A stretch of DNA of 44,159 bases from Chlamydiota bacterium (GTDB lineage: Bacteria; Auribacterota; Tritonobacteria; UBA1439), in the NCBI GenBank assembly GCA_037133055.1, contig JBAXOY010000008.1:1-44159 (forward strand). The letters run 5' to 3'. The notes below the pieces were generated by a model. That model was not told the origin of the DNA. It searched no databases and worked only from the letters and a program-made list of their open reading frames with translations. Below, in pieces: positions 37,884 to 44,159 of this stretch; position 1 is the first letter of the stretch; each line of letters starts with the position of its first letter. Made by a program: the position numbers and the translations under genes.

Positions 37884-40478
37884 CTATCGCCGTCCGCCGC
37901 CCCCGCGACCGCCTCCCCCGCGGAAGCCGCCACCCCCGAAACTGCCGCCGCCCCAGCTCCTTCCCCCGCCCCCGAAGCCACCGCGGTTAAACCCTCCGCC
38001 TCCTCCGAATCGGTCGCCGCCGAAACTGTCGCCCCCGAAACGGTCTCCGCCGCCAAATCCATCGGCGCCGAAACGGTCTCCGCCCTCACCGCCGAAACTG
38101 TCGCCCCCGAAGCTCGTACCGTTGCCGCTGACACGCTCGCCATCGCCGCTGAAGCCCCCTCCCCAGCCATCCGAACCCCAGGAAGCCCCCGCGGAGCGCG
38201 CGTCCCCCGACTGCCGGGCCTGCTGATGGGACTGGAGCGACTGGAGCTGGTCCCCCGCGCTCACGCTGTTCCAGCCCCCGCTGTCCTGCTTCTGCCAGCC
38301 GCCGCCCGTGTCCTTGTAGACGTTTCCGTCGCGGCCCGCGTAGTAGTTGTTCCCCACCCTCGCGACCGTGGCGCTCCCGCCCCCGGGCCCCGTGGCCGTG
38401 ACCCGGCCCGCGGCGCCGTCCGCCCCCGCCGCGTAACCGCCCTTTGCGGTGACACCGGTCGTCGGGTTATAGGTCGCGCCGCGGGCGCCCGAGGCGGTGT
38501 TTCCGGTATAGACGTTCTGAACCTCGCCGCGCTGCCCGGCGGAGATACGGCCCGTCGTGGAGTTGTAGGAGTAGCCGACCTTGCTGCTCCACGCGTTCCC
38601 GGTCCACGCGTTGTATCCGGCTGAGCCGCGGGTCACGGCGGCCGTCGATCCCCACTGCTGATACACCCTGCCGGTGGTGGCGGCCCACCCGTTCGACCCC
38701 CATGACGCGGCGCCGCCTGCGTAGCGTGCGGCCCCCCAGTACGGCGCGGGGGCGTAGCCCCAGTAGCCGGAGGCGAGGGCCCCGGCGGACCAGCCCCAGC
38801 CGAGCCCGTAGCCGTAGGTCCATCCCGTCCACGGAGTCCAGGTCTGGTTGGCGGCGTACCCGTAGGTGACGGGCTGGGGATACCAGGCGCTTCCCTCGAT
38901 GAAGGGCGCATAGTCGTAGCCGGTGCCGTACACCACCACGTTGTCGGGGGTGACGACCGTGCCCAGATAGCCGGACGTGTAGCCGTCGACGACGTACTCG
39001 GGCGTCGCGGCGTATATCTTCACATAGGTCACGAAGTGGAGCGGGGAGCTCGGCGGGATCGAGTAGACGGCCGCGGGGACCGATGACGCGACCGCCCACG
39101 GCCCATTGACAGAAGCGGCGGTGAACCAGACACCGTTCTTCACCGCGTACCACCCCGTCGGGGACACGGCGATGATCGGGTCGTCCGTGTTGCAGACGTA
39201 GCTCAAGGCGGTGTCCGGTATGGGTTTCATGACCGGCTCGCCGTGCAGTCGCGGCGTGAAAAGTGCCTTTGCCCGGTACACGACCGCCGAGTGCGGGATC
39301 CCGTTTTCGATGACGGACTCCTGCGCCTGCGCCGTCCCCGGCACCGAGGCCTTCACGTTCTCCTTCGGGCTGTCGTCCGGGATCTTCGCGAAGTCGGAAG
39401 GGAGGTCCTTGCCCGCCACGTACTGCCACGGCCCCTTCAGATCGGGGGCGCGGAACCAGCGGCCCGCGACGAGCACGTAGGTGTTCTGATCGTCCAGATC
39501 TATGAAGACGTTGGCGGTGGTGTTGTTTACGTAGAGGAGCATCAGCGGCAGCATGGTCTCCATGACCGGCTGGCCCTGTGTCACGATGAGCTCCGTGGGT
39601 TTCGTCGCCACGATGACCCGGGGCACGAGCGTCCCGAGCGAAGGCATCTTCTTCGGATCCGCGGCGTCGGGAGGACCCTCCATCAGGTCCACGACATTCG
39701 CTTTGGCCAGCGCCGAGGCGGCATCCTGGGCGCCGGGCGGCGCCGTTTTCGCCGCCGTCCACGGCCCGGAGAGGGCGGGCGCCTCGACGAAGCCGTCGAA
39801 CAGGTGGATGTAGCACCTGCCCGACGAGTCGTCCCGCAGGAGGAGCGCCCGGGTGTTGACGGCGTGCTCGAGCCGGGTACCCGCGACGGCGCTCCATACC
39901 GGGTCGCCGTCGATGGAGACGAGGACGGCGGCTGATTGCGCGAAGACGAACTCGGGCGGGGCGTTCTCCACCGGCACCATCCGCGCCTTCTTCTCCGCGC
40001 CCTGGATCTTGAGCATGGCGTCGAGCCGGTCGAGGGAGATGGTGGGGGCGCCCGTGACCATCGCCTGGAAACCCTGCCGGTACGCCTCCGCCTTGTCCGG
40101 GACGGACGGGAACGTTGCCTTCTTGATCGTGATGCCGTGGAATTCGACGGTGCGGGATGTCGGCGGCACGAGCGTCGTTGCCGCGATGTCGATCACGCCG
40201 AACACCGGGTCCTTCGCGCCCGGGGGGAGCACCGAGACCGCGGCCATGGCCGCGAAATTATACCCGTCCCAGTTTTCGAGCTGCGGCTGGTACACGGTGT
40301 ACTTCGCGCCGCCCTGATCGGCGGTCTTCGGCCACGGGTCCGGGGTGACTTCCCCGGCCGCCGGCTGCACCTCCTGCGGGGCGGCCTGCGGTACCGCGGC
40401 CTGCTGCTGCCCCATGGCCGCCCCGGCCAGTGCCGACGCGATAACCGACGCGATGAGAACCGACTTTATCGTGCGCAT
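37884..40478 (-). CDS. Exported hypothetical protein with Gly/Arg-rich tail (paralog 2)
   Basis: Same motif series as 35409..37706, with a signal peptide and a GGDRFGG repeat tail ending GGGGRR. GGGAGG precedes ATG40478. Confidence 0.85.
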   Translation of the reverse strand: MRTIKSVLIASVIASALAGAAMGQQQAAVPQAAPQEVQPAAGEVTPDPWPKTADQGGAKYTVYQPQLENWDGYNFAAMAAVSVLPPGAKDPVFGVIDIAATTLVPPTSRTVEFHGITIKKATFPSVPDKAEAYRQGFQAMVTGAPTISLDRLDAMLKIQGAEKKARMVPVENAPPEFVFAQSAAVLVSIDGDPVWSAVAGTRLEHAVNTRALLLRDDSSGRCYIHLFDGFVEAPALSGPWTAAKTAPPGAQDAASALAKANVVDLMEGPPDAADPKKMPSLGTLVPRVIVATKPTELIVTQGQPVMETMLPLMLLYVNNTTANVFIDLDDQNTYVLVAGRWFRAPDLKGPWQYVAGKDLPSDFAKIPDDSPKENVKASVPGTAQAQESVIENGIPHSAVVYRAKALFTPRLHGEPVMKPIPDTALSYVCNTDDPIIAVSPTGWYAVKNGVWFTAASVNGPWAVASSVPAAVYSIPPSSPLHFVTYVKIYAATPEYVVDGYTSGYLGTVVTPDNVVVYGTGYDYAPFIEGSAWYPQPVTYGYAANQTWTPWTGWTYGYGLGWGWSAGALASGYWGYAPAPYWGAARYAGGAASWGSNGWAATTGRVYQQWGSTAAVTRGSAGYNAWTGNAWSSKVGYSYNSTTGRISAGQRGEVQNVYTGNTASGARGATYNPTTGVTAKGGYAAGADGAAGRVTATGPGGGSATVARVGNNYYAGRDGNVYKDTGGGWQKQDSGGWNSVSAGDQLQSLQSHQQARQSGDARSAGASWGSDGWGGGFSGDGERVSGNGTSFGGDSFGGEGGDRFGADGFGGGDRFGGDSFGGDRFGGGGGFNRGGFGGGGRSWGGGSFGGGGFRGGGGRGGGGRR

Positions 40479-40586
40479 GCGTGTCCTCCCTTGCCCTTCA
40501 GCCGTCATTCCCCTTCGCAAACGATCTGCGTCGCCTTCCGGCCAACCGCCAGGCGGCGCGGCAGAGCCTATTACTCGGACAGGCTC

Positions 40587-41495
40587 CTAATTCCCCTCCC
40601 CGGCGCCCAGCGGGATCTTCGGCTTCCAGGTGAGCCACCGGTAATTCGGTTCGCGGTAGAGCGTGAACACGGCCCCGTCGGAGACCTGCGTTCCCATGTC
40701 GCGGTTGTCCGGCGTGGCGAACGCGACCCCGCCCGCGAGGAACGCGCGCAGCGACTCGATGTCCACATCCAGGCCGGAGAGCAACCCGAGCTTCACATCC
40801 ACCCCGCTCGCGTTCCAGAACCGGGTGTTCTCCCTCACCAGGGGCGCGTAGTTCTCCTCGATGAATGCGTAGACATTCACGCCGTCCGCCGCATCCGTCA
40901 GCCGGCACCCGGAAACGCTCCCGACCACGACCTCGCGATAGTACACGGGAGCTCCGGCCTGCAGCGAGCCCAACTGGTCCGTTTTCAAAATGAGCCTCAG
41001 GCCGCGGCTGTCCTCGTCGATGAGCGGCGGCTCCTCGAGCCCCGTGAACGATGTTGCACGAGCGCCCTTCCCCGGGCGCACCTGTATGTATTCGCCCGAA
41101 AGGATCGTTCCAAGCCCCGAGACATGCCCCTGCCCTATCCTCGGCCGCACAACCCAGAACTGCGACCCCCCCCGGGCAAGGCCGCCGACGGACTTTTCGA
41201 GGGTCGCGTGCACGACCACCCGGGTATCGTTCGATCCCAGGCGGACGGAATCGACCTGCCCCACCGTCAGGCCCTTGTATCTGACCTGCGTCTTCCCTCC
41301 CGCGATCCCCGTGCCGTCACTGAACGTGATCGTGATCGGCACGCCGCGGTCCGCGTAGCTCTTGTATGCGAGCCACCCGCCTATCCCGGCGGCTATCAGG
41401 GGGATTATCCATATTATCGAAAAGCGGCCCTGCTTCGTTACCGCGACCTCCGGGATGCCGCCATCCCGGGAGGCACCGTCAACCAGCGCGTTCAT
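40587..41495 (-). CDS. MCE (MlaD) domain protein, PqiB/LetB family, only two MCE domains
   Basis: SIIWIIPLIA anchor, G..I.I.F..G.GI..GKT.VRYKG..VG.V, FWVVRP and GL.TILSG.YI motifs. Second domain GSL..G.PVYYR.V.VG and FWNASG. Alternative start 41528. Confidence 0.9.
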   Translation of the reverse strand: MNALVDGASRDGGIPEVAVTKQGRFSIIWIIPLIAAGIGGWLAYKSYADRGVPITITFSDGTGIAGGKTQVRYKGLTVGQVDSVRLGSNDTRVVVHATLEKSVGGLARGGSQFWVVRPRIGQGHVSGLGTILSGEYIQVRPGKGARATSFTGLEEPPLIDEDSRGLRLILKTDQLGSLQAGAPVYYREVVVGSVSGCRLTDAADGVNVYAFIEENYAPLVRENTRFWNASGVDVKLGLLSGLDVDIESLRAFLAGGVAFATPDNRDMGTQVSDGAVFTLYREPNYRWLTWKPKIPLGAGEGN

Positions 41496-41530
41496 CGAGT
41501 GTACCCCTCCGTTCGTTCCCTCCGTCACCG

Positions 41531-42169
41531 TCAGCGAACCGTTTCCCCGGCGTCATCCCATATCAGCCGCGGGTCGAACGAGATGGCCGCGCACATCGTG
41601 AGCACGACCACCGCCGCGAAGGCGCCCGCCCCGATGCCCGGCACGACGGTCAGCAGGGCGCCCATCTTGAGCAGCGCCACCATGATCGAAAGCGTGAATA
41701 TGTCGAGCATGGACCACCGTCCGATCACCTCGATCAGGCGGTACCAGACCGTGCGCTGCCGCGGACGCCACGACGACCTTCGTTTCACCGACATGAGCAG
41801 GCAGGCGAGCCCGAAGAGTTTCAGCATCGGGACGCAGAAGCTCGCGAAAAAGAGCAGGAGGCCGATCGGCCACGAGCCGGTGGCGACGAGCTCCTTCACC
41901 CCCCCCATGATGGTGTCCGCGCTCGTCGTTCCGAACGACTCGATCATCATGACCGGGTAGACGTTGGCGGGTATGTAGAATATCGCCGCGGCAATGAGGA
42001 GCGCCCATGTCCGCGCGAGGCTGTCGGGCTTTCGCGGGCGGATCGCGGCGCCGCAGCGGGGGCACCTCGCGCGGGAGCCGGGGGGAAGCGGTTTCATGCC
42101 GCAGAGCAGATCGCAACTGGGGCACCTGACCAGGGAGGCTCCCGCGGCGGTTGTGCGCGTCGCGCTCAT
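41531..42169 (-). CDS. pqiA: Paraquat-inducible protein A family (PqiA/LetA C-terminal half)
   Basis: CxxC...CPRC, RK..SL.RTWALL, YIPAN.YPVM, TI..GV, IGRWSMLDIF and FDPRLIWD motifs. Confidence 0.9.
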   Translation of the reverse strand: MSATRTTAAGASLVRCPSCDLLCGMKPLPPGSRARCPRCGAAIRPRKPDSLARTWALLIAAAIFYIPANVYPVMMIESFGTTSADTIMGGVKELVATGSWPIGLLLFFASFCVPMLKLFGLACLLMSVKRRSSWRPRQRTVWYRLIEVIGRWSMLDIFTLSIMVALLKMGALLTVVPGIGAGAFAAVVVLTMCAAISFDPRLIWDDAGETVR

Positions 42170-42810
42170 CGGGCTTCCCCCAGTCGCTCGCACACCGCCT
42201 GCCGGTCCAGGGTCGTCGAGATGAGCATCGTGATCAGCATGAGCGCGACGAAGGCATAGAGGCCGGCGCCCGCCGTTATTTTCGCCATGGCGGAGATCTT
42301 GACGATCGAGACGAGGACCCCGAGCATGTAGACCTCGAGCATCCCCCAGGAATCGAGCGCGACGAGCATCCGGTAGGAGAACCCCGCCGCCGGGGGTCTC
42401 CGGTTGAGCCACAGGGGAAGCAGCACGCAGCACATCCCGGCAAGCTTCACGAGCGGCACCAGCATGCTTGCCGCGAGAACAAGGCTCCCCACCCACCACG
42501 CCCCGCCGGCGTAGAGCTCCCGCACGCCCGCGAACATCGTGCTCTCCCGGGTCTCCCCGAGGCTCGAAATGCTCATGAGCGGGAGAAAGTTGGCGGGCCA
42601 GTACAGCAGCAATCCCGCGACGACGAGGGCGAACGTCCGGTTGATGCTGTCCGCTTTCGGCTTATAGAGGGTCGCGCCGCATCGCACGCATTTCGCCGTG
42701 TGTCCCGACGATATCTCCCTGACCCGGTGGAGCAGGTCGCAATCCGGGCAGGCGATCAGCGGCGGTGCGGGCGCGGCGGTTTCTTGCCCGCCCATGGCCG
42801 GTTCCTCCAT
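42166..42810 (-). CDS. pqiA: Paraquat-inducible protein A family (PqiA/LetA N-terminal half)
   Basis: IACPDCDLLH, A.C.RCGA.L, PANFLP and WGMLEVYMLGVLVSIVK motifs. The stop overlaps the next start. Confidence 0.9.
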   Translation of the reverse strand: MEEPAMGGQETAAPAPPLIACPDCDLLHRVREISSGHTAKCVRCGATLYKPKADSINRTFALVVAGLLLYWPANFLPLMSISSLGETRESTMFAGVRELYAGGAWWVGSLVLAASMLVPLVKLAGMCCVLLPLWLNRRPPAAGFSYRMLVALDSWGMLEVYMLGVLVSIVKISAMAKITAGAGLYAFVALMLITMLISTTLDRQAVCERLGEAR

Positions 42811-42880
42811 TCCGTCCCCTCCCCGACCGTGGCGCGCACCCGGTCGAGGATGAATGACCCCTGCAACGGCCCGCCGGCAT

Positions 42881-44038
42881 TCACCCGATTCGCGCCTCGA
42901 GAAAAGTGAGATCGTCGTCGAACCGGATGCGGTTCGACCGGACGAGCAGCTCCTTTTCGATCGCGTCGAGGCCGGCGTCCGAGCGCGGATACCCGATGTC
43001 CCGGAGCACCTTCATGAGCCCCTGCACCTCGAGGCGCCCGCCGGCGCGGCGGGTGACCTCCGTCGCCCCGTCGGTGAACATGAGGAGACAGTCGCCGCGG
43101 CGGAGCTCCACCTCGCGCTCATCGTAGGCCGCATCCCCGGAGCACCCGAGCGGCATGCCCGAGCAGTCCAGGCGATTGAATTTGCCCCCGCGGGCGAGGA
43201 GCGGAGGCGGGTTCCCGGCGCCCGCGAACCGCAGGCTTTTCCGTTTCAGGTCGAAGACGCCGCACACCCCGGCCGCGAATGCCCCCTCATCGCCCACAAG
43301 ACCGTGCAGGCGCGCGTTCACACGCAGCGCAAAGTTGGCGGGACTTTCGAGAAAACGCCGATATGTCTCCCAGAGCGAGCCCAGGTACATCGTGTACAGG
43401 GCGGCGGGCACGCCGTGGCCGGAGACGTCGGCGAGGAGGAACCCGAAACAATCGTCGTCAAGCCTCGCCACGGCGTAATAATCCCCGCCGATGACGTCGT
43501 GCGGGACCGAGTGCGCGGCGAATGTGATCCGTGGGTCTTCCGGGAGCGCGCGCTGCAGGGAGAGGGACTGGATCCGCTTCACGCGCTGGATATCGGCCAT
43601 CTCTGAGGATATGTCGCGGAAGGTTTCGACGCCGCCGATCACTTCCCCCGAGGCGTCGCGGATGGGGGCGACGCTGACGCGCAGGGGCATCCGGCTGCGC
43701 GACCTGCTCTGCGCGAAAACGATGATCGGCAGGGAGCTGCTCTTGCCGCTGACCATGGCCCGATACAGCGGGCAATGCTCCTCTCCGCAGAGGCGGTTCC
43801 CATCCTTGTCCACGTGGCACAGTATGTCGTCGCTGCATCTCTTCCCCACGACATCGCGCGGTCTCCAGCCGGTGATCCTTTCAGCGGACCGGCTCCAGTA
43901 GACGATCCGTCGCCCCCGATCGGTCGCGTAGACTCCGTCGTTGACGGAGGCGAGGATGGCCTCCGGGCCGAGGCCCGGCGCAGGCCGTCGTCCGGGGGAC
44001 TGCTTCGCCGCTTTCACCCGCGCGCGTATAGCTTTCAC
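42881..44038 (-). CDS. PAS-domain PP2C/SpoIIE serine phosphatase (RsbU/RsbP-like)
   Basis: PAS (DGVY.TD..RRI.YW...AERITG, GGVETFRD) followed by GGDYY, ADVSGHGVPAAL, AGNPPP, FTDGATE and DDDLT. GGGGAGG precedes the GTG. Confidence 0.92.
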   Translation of the reverse strand: MKAIRARVKAAKQSPGRRPAPGLGPEAILASVNDGVYATDRGRRIVYWSRSAERITGWRPRDVVGKRCSDDILCHVDKDGNRLCGEEHCPLYRAMVSGKSSSLPIIVFAQSRSRSRMPLRVSVAPIRDASGEVIGGVETFRDISSEMADIQRVKRIQSLSLQRALPEDPRITFAAHSVPHDVIGGDYYAVARLDDDCFGFLLADVSGHGVPAALYTMYLGSLWETYRRFLESPANFALRVNARLHGLVGDEGAFAAGVCGVFDLKRKSLRFAGAGNPPPLLARGGKFNRLDCSGMPLGCSGDAAYDEREVELRRGDCLLMFTDGATEVTRRAGGRLEVQGLMKVLRDIGYPRSDAGLDAIEKELLVRSNRIRFDDDLTFLEARIG

Positions 44039-44159
44039 CTGTCGCCTCCCCTCACCGCCGCGACCTCCCCCTCCGCCGCCGCCGCGGAAACCGCCTCCTC
44101 CGCCTCGGCTTCCGCCGAAGCTCGGGCGCCCGCCGCCGAAACTCGACCGGTTCCCGCTG
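44039..44159 (-). other. Gly/Arg-rich C-terminal tail of a gene entering from beyond the window edge
   Basis: Reads SGNRSSFGGGRPSFGGSRGGGGGFRGGGGGGGRGGEGRRQ, like the tails of the two paralogs, and is in frame with the phosphatase ORF with no stop. Confidence 0.6.

Overview
GC-rich bacterial chromosomal window, apparently from a diderm (MCE/PqiA genes, a DUF3034-like beta-barrel, ArnT). No rRNA, tRNA, CRISPR array or intact transposase was seen. From left to right it holds: a lower-GC patch with a Phd/YefM antitoxin whose RelE-like toxin is cut short and fused in frame to a large membrane-anchored DUF1598-like protein; a D-Ala-D-Ala carboxypeptidase, a membrane protein, a sialidase-fold protein and an RlhA-like U32 protein; a secreted protein; a DAACS transporter fused to a solute-binding domain; a complete malonate decarboxylase operon (mdcACDEGBH) with a 9-bp G-rich tandem repeat inside it; a small Cys-rich protein; a B12 radical SAM enzyme; a Sul-like dihydropteroate synthase; a sulfur operon (Rrf2, metY, cysK, HPr-like, yezD-like, DUF3034-like); csp; arnT; a P-type ATPase; a redoxin; a decayed proline iminopeptidase; a metallophosphoesterase; a nest of inverted repeats holding a MITE-like remnant; a SOUL protein; two paralogous exported proteins with Gly/Arg tails; a two-MCE-domain LetB-like gene with a split pqiA; and a PAS-PP2C phosphatase. 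The best candidate for a new system is the sulfur operon. Three proteins encoded next to cysK end in CysE/CymR-like C-terminal Ile tails (Rrf2 ...MYQI, HPr-like ...FSEGGGI, YezD-like ...YEKGGGI), which suggests a CysK-docking regulatory hub linking PTS phosphorylation to cysteine synthesis. All family calls come from motif recognition by eye; no database search was run.
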